From NCBI GenBank assembly GCA_046331705.1, contig JAXLQJ010000016.1, positions 1-64,000 on the forward strand: DNA of 64,000 nt. Reading direction: 5' to 3'. The notes under the pieces were generated by a model, which was not told the DNA's origin, made no database searches, and saw nothing but the letters and a program-made list of their open reading frames with translations. This stretch comes from a bacterium (GTDB taxonomy: Bacteria; JADJOY01). Shown in pieces: positions 49,173-58,347 of this stretch; position 1 is the stretch's first letter; every line of letters begins with the position of its first letter. A program made the position numbers and the translations under genes.

Positions 49173-50141
49173 TCAGCGCTGCACGAAGAGCGCGACCTCG
49201 AAGCGGTCGGTCCGGGTGGTGTTGGCGCCGGCCACGGTCGCCGAATAACCGAGCTGGATACCGAGGCCTTCCCACGCGTACCAGAGCTCGGCGCCCACGT
49301 CGAGACGCTCCTGGTCGTTGAGCACGGTCACGCGCGTCGCGGGGTCGAGGAAGAGCAGGTCTTGGGTGATGCGGTCCGGCGCGTCGCCGTTGTGGAGGCT
49401 CTCGACTCCGCGCGCGAACGCGGCGACGCCGAGCCCGAAGCGACTGGTGCCGAGCTTGGCCTCCCAGTCGAGGTGGTCGGAGAAAGCGCGATCCGCGAGA
49501 TCCGCCAGGACGTACGCGGCGCTCACGTCGGCGAACATCCACGACACCAGCGGCCCGGACGACGCGGCGAGCCCCAGCGCCAGATCGGTGGTGCCGTTGC
49601 CGAGCGCGATCTCGTCGTCGGAGGAGTCGATCGTCGTGAGGCGCAGCGCGCGCACCGAGGTCGAGTACGTGGGGACGCGGGCGATGGCGCGCACCGCCAC
49701 CGGCAGCGGGCTCGCGAGGAATTGGTACGCGAGCCCCGCGTTCACGTCCGAGAAGCCGCTCGATCGCTGGTCGATCGGGATGCGCGCGCCGAAGAGGTCG
49801 AGAACGAAGTGCTTCTCGAGCTCCTTCCACTCGGTGGCGACGATCAGGTCGAGATCGTCGAGCAGTCCGAGCTGCGCGTAGAGGCCGAAGCTCGTGTCGT
49901 GGTAGCGCGCGTTGGTGGCGAGGGCGCTGGTGATGCGATCGAGGAACACCGTCGAGGTGAGCGAGACCTCGTGCCCGTCCCGATCGAAGCCGCGATCCCC
50001 GTCGCTTTCGGCGTAGCCGGTCTTGAGATAGAGGTGGCCAAGACCCCCTCGGGCTTCGGCGCCGGCGTGGGCTCGCACCGCACCCACGACCAGCACGAAG
50101 GCCACGGCGATCGCGAGGCTCGGTTGGCGGCTTGCCCTCAT
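49173..50141 (-). CDS. Putative outer-membrane beta-barrel protein
   Basis: Signal peptide, alternating amphipathic strands, YAQLGL, GFSD..AG..YQF, LGNGTTD, terminal FEVALFVQR; ATGA overlap with upstream gene. Confidence 0.65.
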   Translation of the reverse strand: MRASRQPSLAIAVAFVLVVGAVRAHAGAEARGGLGHLYLKTGYAESDGDRGFDRDGHEVSLTSTVFLDRITSALATNARYHDTSFGLYAQLGLLDDLDLIVATEWKELEKHFVLDLFGARIPIDQRSSGFSDVNAGLAYQFLASPLPVAVRAIARVPTYSTSVRALRLTTIDSSDDEIALGNGTTDLALGLAASSGPLVSWMFADVSAAYVLADLADRAFSDHLDWEAKLGTSRFGLGVAAFARGVESLHNGDAPDRITQDLLFLDPATRVTVLNDQERLDVGAELWYAWEGLGIQLGYSATVAGANTTRTDRFEVALFVQR

Positions 50142-51070
50142 CCGGCGGGCTCGAGGCGTGGCGATCGCGGCGCGCGGGCGCCGGCGATGAATGCGCGGAA
50201 GTGCTCGAGCACGAGGGCGGGGTCCTCCACTTGCGGATAGTGGCCGATGCCCGCGAGCTCGGCGACGTAGCCGTGTCCGACCACCTCGCGATAGCGCGCC
50301 ACCATGTGCCCGCCGGAAATGGGGTCGTCCATTCCGGCCACCAGCGCCAGTGGCACGTGCGCTTCGGTCAGCGCTCCGACCCAGCGCTCGCGATTCTCGC
50401 GCCGCTCGCGCATGTACGGGATGAGGCGATGAAAGATCCGGTGGCCCTCGTCGTGGGTGACGAGCCGCCAGAACGAATCCAGCTCGTCGGCGCTGGGGGG
50501 CGTGTGGGCGCCGAAGGTGCGCCGCATGCTGCGCTCGAACGCGCGCCGGTTGGTGAGGCGCGTGACGAGTGGCCCGAGCGGACCGAGCAGCAGCTTCTGG
50601 ATCGGCAGTGCTCGGTGAGTCTCGGGAAAGAGGCCGCCGTTGAGCAGGCAGACGCTCGCGAGTCGCGGCGCGCGGCGTTCGCGGTCGCGCGCCAGCAACT
50701 CCTGCGCCACGGTGTCGCCGTAGTCGTGAGCGAGGACGTGGTAGCGCTCGATCCCGAGCTCCGCGACGAGCGCTTCCAGGAGATCGGCCTGCTCGAAGAT
50801 CGAGTAGCGATGGGTCTTGGGCTTGGCGCTGAAGCCGAAGCCGAGCATGTCGGCCGCGACCACGCGAAAGTCGCGGACGAGGGCGGGCCAGAGCTTCGCG
50901 AAATCCCAGCTCGCCGTGGGAAAGCCGTGGACGAGGAGCAGCGCGGGGCGCTGGGCGGCGCCGTCCGGAGCGGAGTCGACGTGGAAGATGGCGTGACCGA
51001 GCAGCGGTCGCACGCTTCCGCGGGCGCGCCACGCGGCGAGGTCGAGTAGTGGTGGATCCAAGGTGGGCAT
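50138..51070 (-). CDS. Alpha/beta hydrolase, epoxide hydrolase/MEST-like
   Basis: HGFPTASWD, DMLGFGFS, AHDYGDTVAQELLAR, DPISG, GHYPQVE. Confidence 0.92.
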   Translation of the reverse strand: MPTLDPPLLDLAAWRARGSVRPLLGHAIFHVDSAPDGAAQRPALLLVHGFPTASWDFAKLWPALVRDFRVVAADMLGFGFSAKPKTHRYSIFEQADLLEALVAELGIERYHVLAHDYGDTVAQELLARDRERRAPRLASVCLLNGGLFPETHRALPIQKLLLGPLGPLVTRLTNRRAFERSMRRTFGAHTPPSADELDSFWRLVTHDEGHRIFHRLIPYMRERRENRERWVGALTEAHVPLALVAGMDDPISGGHMVARYREVVGHGYVAELAGIGHYPQVEDPALVLEHFRAFIAGARAPRSPRLEPAG

Positions 51071-51136
51071 CGTTCGAGTATCGCGGAATCGTCCACGCCG
51101 CGGCCGAGTCTACAGCCAGTCGCGCAGCCGCACGGA

Positions 51137-51172
51137 GCACGGCACCGCGCACGGCACCGCGCACGGCACCGC
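51137..51172 (+). repeat. 12-bp tandem repeat x3 (GCACGGCACCGC)
   Basis: Exact copies at 51137, 51149, 51161 in the divergent intergenic region. Confidence 0.9.
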
Positions 51173-51250
51173 GACGAAGCGTGCGAGGTGCCGCGAGGTC
51201 GCGCGAGGCAGGCGCCGCGGCGTGGAACGGATCGATATACTCGGCTCGTC

Positions 51251-52762
51251 ATGGATCGAACGGAACCGAAGAGGTCTCGCGCGTGGATCGCGTGGTCGCT
51301 GGCCGTGGTCGCCAGCGGCTGTGTGAAGGTCGGCCCCGATTACGCGCCGCCCACGCCGCCGGTGGCGCAGGCCTGGTGGACGCCGGCCCCGAGCGTCGCC
51401 GTCACTCCTGGCGCCGATCCCACGACCTGGTGGGGGCACTTCGGCGATCCCGTGATGCACCACCTCCTCGAGCTCGCCGACCAGCGCAACCCCTCGCTGC
51501 GCGCCGCCGGGCTGCGTGTGCTGGAGGCCCGCGCGCGTCGCGGGATCGCCGTGGGCGGCCTCTTTCCGCAGACCCAGGCTGCCTCCGCGAGCTATCAGGA
51601 GACGCGCATCAGCGAGCTTCGACCCAACTCGTTCCCGGGGATCGATCTCACCACCGACGACTGGCGCGCTGGATTCGACGCTGCGTGGGAGATCGATCTG
51701 TGGGGCCGATTCCGCCGCGCCGTCGAGTCCGCGGATGCGGCGCTGCTCGAGGCGGAGGCCTCGCGCCAGGACGTGCTGGTGTCGCTGGTGGCCGAGGTCG
51801 CGTCGAGCTACGTCGCGCTTCGAACCTTGGAGCGACGGCTGGCGGTGGCGCGCGAGAACGTCCAGGTGCAAAGCCGCGGTTTCGAGATCGCCGACGCGCG
51901 CTACCGAGGTGGCGCCGTCACCGCGCTGGATGCGAGCCAAGCGGCGTCGCTGCTGGCGGAGACCAAGGCGCTGATTCCCGAGCTCGAAGGCGCGATTCGC
52001 AAGACCCGCACGACGATCTCGATCCTGCTCGGCATGCCGCCGTCGGACCTCGCCTCGGAGCTGGGCGGCGAGCGGCCGATCCCGGTGGTGCCCGCCGACC
52101 TCGCGATCGGACTGCCCGCCGACCTGTTGCGCGCGCGGCCCGATGTGCGCGCCGCCGAGCGAGCGCTGGCGGCCCAGTCGGCCCAGATCGGCGTCGCGGT
52201 CGCCGAGCTCTATCCGCACCTCTCGCTGGTCGGCAGCCTCGGGCTCGAGGCCGAGCATCTCGACGATCTCGGCGATGGTCGCGCGCTCGAGCACTTCGGC
52301 GGCCCGAGCGTGCGCTGGGCCATCCTCAACTACGGACGCATCGCGAACGACGTCCGCGTGGAGGACGCGCGCTATCAGCAAGCGCTCGCGGCCTACGAAG
52401 GCACCGTGCTCGCGGCGCAGGCGGACGTGGAGAACGCGCTCGCCGGGCTGACGGCGGCACGCGGTCGCGTGGCGGAGCTCGAGACCGCCGCCGCCGCGGC
52501 CCGTCGCGCCGTCGAGCTCGCCGGCCTCCAATACCGGGAAGGCGCCGTCGACTACACCCGCGTCCTCGACACGCAGCAGGTGCTGGTGGCGGTCGAGGAT
52601 CGCTTGGCGACGTCGCACGGCGACGTCGCGCTCGGCATCACGGCGCTCTACAAGGCGCTCGGCGGCGGCCGGATGCCGTCGTCCGGCGAGCGTCCCGATG
52701 TGGTGCCGCCGGCCACGCCCGAGGAGGTGACGGGCTGGCGCTCGTGGTTGCCGAGCTGGTGA
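51251..52762 (+). CDS. RND efflux outer-membrane factor lipoprotein (NodT/OprM type)
   Basis: Lipobox ASGC-VKVGPDY, WW..FGDP, WEIDLWGRFRR, PADLLRARPDV, LYKALGGG. Confidence 0.93.
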   Translation: MDRTEPKRSRAWIAWSLAVVASGCVKVGPDYAPPTPPVAQAWWTPAPSVAVTPGADPTTWWGHFGDPVMHHLLELADQRNPSLRAAGLRVLEARARRGIAVGGLFPQTQAASASYQETRISELRPNSFPGIDLTTDDWRAGFDAAWEIDLWGRFRRAVESADAALLEAEASRQDVLVSLVAEVASSYVALRTLERRLAVARENVQVQSRGFEIADARYRGGAVTALDASQAASLLAETKALIPELEGAIRKTRTTISILLGMPPSDLASELGGERPIPVVPADLAIGLPADLLRARPDVRAAERALAAQSAQIGVAVAELYPHLSLVGSLGLEAEHLDDLGDGRALEHFGGPSVRWAILNYGRIANDVRVEDARYQQALAAYEGTVLAAQADVENALAGLTAARGRVAELETAAAAARRAVELAGLQYREGAVDYTRVLDTQQVLVAVEDRLATSHGDVALGITALYKALGGGRMPSSGERPDVVPPATPEEVTGWRSWLPSW

Positions 52763-52797
52763 GCCCGCGTGTCATCCCCCGAAGAGGAAGCAAGACC

Positions 52798-54015
52798 ATG
52801 ACGACCGCGATTCACACCCCGAGCTGGCGCGCTGCGCTGGCGATCGCCGGCGCGTGCGTGCTGGTGCCGGCCTGCAAGGGCGCCGCACCCGCGGCGCCGC
52901 AGATGCCGCCGATGCCCGTGACCGTCGCGGCGCCCGTCGAGCGCGACGTGCGGGAATGGTTCGAGACCACCGGGCGCGTGGAGGCGGTCGAGAAGGTCGA
53001 GGTGCGGCCGCGGGTGCCCGGGCATCTGGTGGCGGTGAACGTCGAGGACGGCGCCCAGGTGAAGGCGGGCGACGTGCTCTTCGAGATCGATCCGCGGCCC
53101 TACCAGGCGGCGGTCCACAGCGCGGAGGCCGACGTGGCGCGGCTCGAGGCGCTGCGCCGCAAATCGCAAGCGGACGTCGATCGCAACCGAAAGCTCCGCC
53201 CCGAGGGCGCGGCCAGCGAGCGCGACCTCGAGACCGCGGTCTGGAACGTGGAGACCGCGGAGGCCGAGATCAAGGCGGCACGCGCGCGCCTCGAGGAAGC
53301 GCAGCTCGAGCTGGGCTTCACCCGCGTCACCGCGCCCATCTCGGGGCGCGTGAGCAAGCGCAACATCACCGTGGGCAACCTGGTGCAAGTCGGCGCCGGC
53401 GACGCGAGCATCCTCACCACGCTGGTGAGCATCGATCCGATCTACGTGGGCTTCCACGTCGACGAGCCGGTGCTGTTGCGCTACCAGGAGTATTTCCGGC
53501 GGACGCGCCCCGAGGTGCCGCCCGCGGAGGTGAAGCGCCTCGGCGTGCCGGTGGAGATCGGCCTCGCCAACGAGACCGGCTACTCGCACACCGGCGTCGT
53601 CGACTTCATCGACAACCGCGTGGATGCCGCCACCGGCACGATCCCGGCGCGCGCGGTGTTCGAGAACCCCGACCAGATGCTCACGCCCGGGCTCTTCGTG
53701 CGGGTGCGCGTGCCGTTCGGCGATGCGCAGCCGTCGCTGCTGGTGCCCGAGGTGGCGATCGGCAGCGATCAGGCCACCAAGTTCGTGATGGTGGTGAACG
53801 CGCAGAATCTGGTCGAGATGCGTCCCGTGGAGCTGGGCGCGTCCACGGACGATCGGCTGCGGGTCGTGAAGAAGGGGATCGCGGCAGGCGAGCACGTCAT
53901 CGTGAATGGCCTCATGCGTGCCCGCCCCGGTGCTCCGGTCGTGCCGCACGCGGAAGGCGAGGCCCCGGCGATGCCGGGCGGCGCAGCCCCGGGCGCCGCC
54001 GCGCACAAGGGCTGA
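52798..54015 (+). CDS. RND efflux periplasmic adaptor (MFP)
   Basis: Lipobox VPAC, VEVRPRVPG, LFEIDPRPY, APISGRV, DNRVDAATGTI. Confidence 0.95.
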   Translation: MTTAIHTPSWRAALAIAGACVLVPACKGAAPAAPQMPPMPVTVAAPVERDVREWFETTGRVEAVEKVEVRPRVPGHLVAVNVEDGAQVKAGDVLFEIDPRPYQAAVHSAEADVARLEALRRKSQADVDRNRKLRPEGAASERDLETAVWNVETAEAEIKAARARLEEAQLELGFTRVTAPISGRVSKRNITVGNLVQVGAGDASILTTLVSIDPIYVGFHVDEPVLLRYQEYFRRTRPEVPPAEVKRLGVPVEIGLANETGYSHTGVVDFIDNRVDAATGTIPARAVFENPDQMLTPGLFVRVRVPFGDAQPSLLVPEVAIGSDQATKFVMVVNAQNLVEMRPVELGASTDDRLRVVKKGIAAGEHVIVNGLMRARPGAPVVPHAEGEAPAMPGGAAPGAAAHKG

Positions 54016-54063
54016 CCCGCCGGGCCCACGCACCGAACCCGCTACCGAGCAATCGAGGCCGCC

Positions 54064-57000
54064 GTGTTCGCACGATTCTTCATCGATCGCCCGATCCTCT
54101 CGACCGTGCTCTCGGTCGTGATCGTGATCGTGGGCCTGGTGGCCTTGCGCGGGTTGCCCGTCTCCCAGTACCCGGACGTGGTGCCGCCCACGATCCAGGT
54201 GCTCGCGTCCTATCCCGGCGCCAGCGCCGAGGTGGTCGCGGAGACGGTGGCGCTGCCGATCGCGCAAGAGGTGAACGGCGTCGAGAACATGCTCTACATG
54301 CAGTCGGCGTCGTCCAACGACGGCTCGATGGGGCTGAGCGTGGTCTTCAAGCTCGGCACTCCCCTCGATCAAGCACAGGTGCTCACCCAGAACCGGGTCG
54401 CCGCCGCCGAGGCGAAGCTCCCCGAGGACGTGCGGCGGCTCGGCGTCACCACCAAGAAGCGCTCGCCGAGCATGCTCATGGTGGTCAACCTGATCTCGCC
54501 GGACGGCAGCCGCGACGACCTCTATCTCGGCAACTACGCCGCGATCCAGGTTCGCGAGGAGCTGGCGCGCGTCGATGGCGTCGGCGACGTGCTGGTGTTC
54601 GGCGCGCGCGACTACAGCATGCGGGTGTGGCTCGACCCCGAGAAGCTCGCTTCGCGCAGCCTCGCCGCCGACGACGTGGTGCGCGCGCTGCGCGAGCAGA
54701 ACATCCAGGTGGCGGCGGGCCGGATCGGCCAGCCGCCGGTTCCGAAGGGCACGCCGTTCCAGTATCCGATCAGCGCGCTCGGCCGGCTGGTGGACGCCGA
54801 TCAGTTCGGCGACGTGATCCTGAAGGCCGGATCCACCGGCGAGACCGTGAAGCTGCGCGACGTCGCGAGGATCGAGCTGGGCGCGCGGAACTCGGACATG
54901 TCCGGCTACATCGACAACCAATCGTCGGTGGCGATGGGCATCTTCCAGCTTCCCGGGTCGAACGCGCTCGCCACCGCCGAGCGGGTGCGCGCGACGATGG
55001 AGCACCTCAAGTCGCGCTTCCCGAGCGGCATCGACTACCGCGTCGGCTACGACACCACGGTCTTCGTCGCCGAGTCGGTGCGCGAGGTCTGGAAGACGCT
55101 GGTCGAGGCGTTCGTGCTGGTGTTCATCGTGGTGCTGATCTTCCTGCAGGATTGGCGTCCCACGCTCTTGCCGATGATCGACGTGCCGGTGTCGCTGATC
55201 GGCACCTTCGCGGTGATGGCGGCGCTCGGCTTCTCGCTCAACAACCTGTCGCTCTTCGGTCTGGTGCTGGCGATCGGCATCGTGGTCGACGATGCGATCG
55301 TGGTGGTCGAGAACATCGAGCGCTGGATGCGCAAGGGCTACGAGCCCCGGGAAGCCACGCAACGCGCCATGCAGGAGATCACCGGGCCGGTCCTCGCGAT
55401 CACGTTGGTGCTGGCGTCGGTGTTCGTGCCCACGGCGTTCCTCTCGGGCATCAGCGGCCAGTTCTATCGGCAATTCGCGCTGACGATCGCCTCGGCGACG
55501 CTCATCTCGGCGATCAACGCCCTCACGATGGCGCCGTCACGAGCGGTGCAGATCATCCGTGTGGGGCCGGATCCGGAGAAGGAGCACCACGAGGCGCTGC
55601 CGCGCGCCGGCTACGTGCTGGTGGTCGCGGGCTTGGCAACGCTCTTCCTCGCGCCGCTGGCGAGCCACTGGCTCGGGGCCGCTCCCGCGGGCGGCGAGGG
55701 CGCGGCCGCTCACGCCACGTCCGCGGCGACTTGGTGGGCGCGCGGCCTCGCGGTGGTGATCGGCGGGGTCGCCGGATGGCTGGTGACGCCGATGGCCAAC
55801 CGCCTGCTGGCGCGATTCTTCGCGGTCTTCAACCGATTCTTCGCGCGCTTCACCGATGCCTACGGCCGCTTGCTGACGCGCGTGCTGCGCTACGCCGCGG
55901 CGGCGATGGTGATCTACGGTGTCCTGCTCGGCCTCGGCTACGTCGCGTTCCGGATGACGCCGAGCGGCTTCATCCCCGAGCAGGACAAGGGCTACGTCAT
56001 CGCGGTCGTGCAGCTTCCCGACGGCGCGAGCCTGGAGCGAACGGACGCGGTGGTGCGACGAGCGACCGACATCGCGCACACCGCGCCCGGCGTCTCGCAC
56101 GTCGTCGGCTTCCCGGGATTCTCGATCCTCTCGGGGTCCACGCTGCCCAACTCGGCCGTGATGTTCATCGTGCTGGATCCGTTCGAGGAACGCGTGCACG
56201 CGGGGCTCGGGGTGAGCAAGGTCCTGGGCGACCTGCGCATGCGATTCATGGCCATCGAGGATGCGTTCGTGCTGGCCTTCGGGGCGCCGGTGGTGGACGG
56301 TCTCGGCACCGTGGGCGGCTTCAAGATGCAGGTGCAGGATCGCGGCGCCAGCGGCCCGGCAGCGCTGCAAGGCGCGGTGCAGGAGCTGATCGCGCGCGCC
56401 AGCCAAGAGCCCGGCCTGGTGGGGCTCTTCAGCGGTTTTCGCGCGGGCCAGCCACAGCTCTTCGCCGAGGTCGATCGCGACAAGGCGAAATCGCTCGGTG
56501 TGCCGCTCGCCAACGTGTTCGACACGCTGCAGATCCAGCTCGGCTCGCTCTACGCCAACGACTTCACCCGCTTCGGGCGCAACTGGCAGGTGCTGGTGCA
56601 GGCGGACGCGCCCTTCCGGGTGCGGCCGGAGGACATCAAGCGCCTGCAAGTTCGTAACAGCAACGGCGAGATGGTGCCGCTCGGCACGCTGGTGAGCGTG
56701 CGCGACACCACCGGGCCGGCGTCGGTGAATCACTACAACCTCTTCCCCTCGGCCGATCTCACCGGCTCGACCTTGCCCGGCGTGAGCACCAAGCAGGCGA
56801 TCGAGAAGATGGAGCGGCTCGCGCGCGAGGTGCTGCCGGCCGACAAGACGTTCGAGTGGACCGAGCTCTCGTTGCAGGAGATCCTCGAGAAGAACACCGC
56901 GCCGGCGGCGTTCTCGCTCGGGACGCTCTTCGTCTTCCTGGTGCTGGCGGCGCTCTACGAGAGCTGGTCGCTGCCGCTCTCGATCGTGATGATCGTGCCG

Positions 57001-57435
57001 ATGTGCCTGGTGAGCGCCGTCGGCAGCCTCTACGTGATGCGGATGCAGAACGACATCTTCGCGCAGATCGGTTTCGTGGTGCTCATCGGGCTCGCGGCCA
57101 AGAACGCGATCTTGATCGTGGAGTTCGCGCGCGAGCGCGAGGAGGACGGGCTGAGCCGCGTGCGCGCCGCCATCGAGGCTGCGCGGGTGCGCTTGCGTCC
57201 GATCCTCATGACCTCGCTGGCGTTCGCACTGGGCGTGTTGCCGCTCATCACGTCCAAGGGCGCGGGCGCCGAGATGCGTCGCTCCCTGGGTGTGGCGGTC
57301 TTCGGCGGCATGGTGGGTGTGACGCTCTTCGGCCTGGTCTTCACGCCGGTCTTCTACGTGGTGATCCGGGGGATCGCGGCGCGTTTCGCACCTCCGGCCA
57401 AGGCTGCGGCGGCGGCGCCCGCCGGCGGCGCCTGA
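54064..57435 (+). CDS. RND efflux permease, HAE1 family (MexF/BpeB-like)
   Basis: FFIDRP, DDAIVVVENIER, GLAAKNAILIVEF, RLRPILMTS. Confidence 0.97.
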   Translation: MFARFFIDRPILSTVLSVVIVIVGLVALRGLPVSQYPDVVPPTIQVLASYPGASAEVVAETVALPIAQEVNGVENMLYMQSASSNDGSMGLSVVFKLGTPLDQAQVLTQNRVAAAEAKLPEDVRRLGVTTKKRSPSMLMVVNLISPDGSRDDLYLGNYAAIQVREELARVDGVGDVLVFGARDYSMRVWLDPEKLASRSLAADDVVRALREQNIQVAAGRIGQPPVPKGTPFQYPISALGRLVDADQFGDVILKAGSTGETVKLRDVARIELGARNSDMSGYIDNQSSVAMGIFQLPGSNALATAERVRATMEHLKSRFPSGIDYRVGYDTTVFVAESVREVWKTLVEAFVLVFIVVLIFLQDWRPTLLPMIDVPVSLIGTFAVMAALGFSLNNLSLFGLVLAIGIVVDDAIVVVENIERWMRKGYEPREATQRAMQEITGPVLAITLVLASVFVPTAFLSGISGQFYRQFALTIASATLISAINALTMAPSRAVQIIRVGPDPEKEHHEALPRAGYVLVVAGLATLFLAPLASHWLGAAPAGGEGAAAHATSAATWWARGLAVVIGGVAGWLVTPMANRLLARFFAVFNRFFARFTDAYGRLLTRVLRYAAAAMVIYGVLLGLGYVAFRMTPSGFIPEQDKGYVIAVVQLPDGASLERTDAVVRRATDIAHTAPGVSHVVGFPGFSILSGSTLPNSAVMFIVLDPFEERVHAGLGVSKVLGDLRMRFMAIEDAFVLAFGAPVVDGLGTVGGFKMQVQDRGASGPAALQGAVQELIARASQEPGLVGLFSGFRAGQPQLFAEVDRDKAKSLGVPLANVFDTLQIQLGSLYANDFTRFGRNWQVLVQADAPFRVRPEDIKRLQVRNSNGEMVPLGTLVSVRDTTGPASVNHYNLFPSADLTGSTLPGVSTKQAIEKMERLAREVLPADKTFEWTELSLQEILEKNTAPAAFSLGTLFVFLVLAALYESWSLPLSIVMIVPMCLVSAVGSLYVMRMQNDIFAQIGFVVLIGLAAKNAILIVEFAREREEDGLSRVRAAIEAARVRLRPILMTSLAFALGVLPLITSKGAGAEMRRSLGVAVFGGMVGVTLFGLVFTPVFYVVIRGIAARFAPPAKAAAAAPAGGA

Positions 57436-57634
57436 TCGTGCGGCGTGCGAGCGCGGCGCCCCGGTCGCGCGGCGTGGTCTCGCTGGCCCGCGCGCGGCCC
57501 TGCGCCGCTCGGGCCGAGGCATGGCCGCGCCTACACGACGCGTGACACGGTGGGGATGGGGGAGGTACGAAAGCGCGAGGCATCGGCGCGCTCGCCATCC
57601 CGGTGCATCGAACCCGAAACGGAGAACTCTCGCC

Positions 57635-58063
57635 ATGTCGAAGACGATCCGAAGTCTCGGCCTCGCGGCCGTGCTGTTCCTCGCCTTGTCGCCATTCGCC
57701 GTCGGCAGCGCCGCCGCCGCTGGCCCCGAGCCGAGCGCCGTGAAGAACCTGCGCGGCCAGTGGTTGAGCGCCGTGAACTATCCGCCCTCGGGAGGCGGCG
57801 CGTTCGTGATGCAGGTTTTCCAGAGCGGCACCGCGTTGACCGTCGACGTCGATGGCTACGAGACGGACGAGCACGGGCCGGTGGGCGCCGGCATCGTGTC
57901 GGACTCGACGGTCGTGATCGTCATGGACGAAGGCTTCAAGCGGTCGGGTTTCGGTCAGCTCTTCGCCGGGAAGCTCCTGGGCGGATCGCTGATCGTCGGT
58001 TCCTGCCAGCGCCCGGACGGCGACATCGGCTCGTGGTTCGCGCTCAAGCTGGGCGGCGGCTGA
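57635..58063 (+). CDS. Small secreted hypothetical protein
   Basis: GGAG RBS, signal peptide, beta-rich mature part (LRGQW..). Confidence 0.65.
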   Translation: MSKTIRSLGLAAVLFLALSPFAVGSAAAAGPEPSAVKNLRGQWLSAVNYPPSGGGAFVMQVFQSGTALTVDVDGYETDEHGPVGAGIVSDSTVVIVMDEGFKRSGFGQLFAGKLLGGSLIVGSCQRPDGDIGSWFALKLGGG

Positions 58064-58347
58064 CGCCGATCGCAACGGTGCGCCCGCTCTTGCCGGTGGC
58101 GTGATCGGCGCCTGCGCGGAGAACGCGCGGGCGAGCGTCGCGAGCGCGCAACGCTGGCGGCGGGGCGTTCCAGGTCGCTGCCGCGGGCGCCGAGCGTGAA
58201 GCGGCGCCCTTCGGCTATTCGCTGGCGATTCCGTGTCGGGACGGCCTTCCAGGGGCCGCCTGGAGCACCGCGACTCTCCGTGGCGAACGTGAAGGCGCCC
58301 CGGGCGCCGTGATGGGGCCGGAGCGATCCCGATCGGGAACGGTCGGG

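Noticed and set aside
51137-51172. CRISPR array
   Set aside because: 12-bp units with no spacers and no cas genes.
52648-57636. Long antisense and alternate-frame ORFs (e.g. 52854-56657, 52648-55473, 31345-33468, 29804-32320)
   Set aside because: Arg/Ala/Pro-rich shadow ORFs expected at high GC, overlapping well-supported genes.
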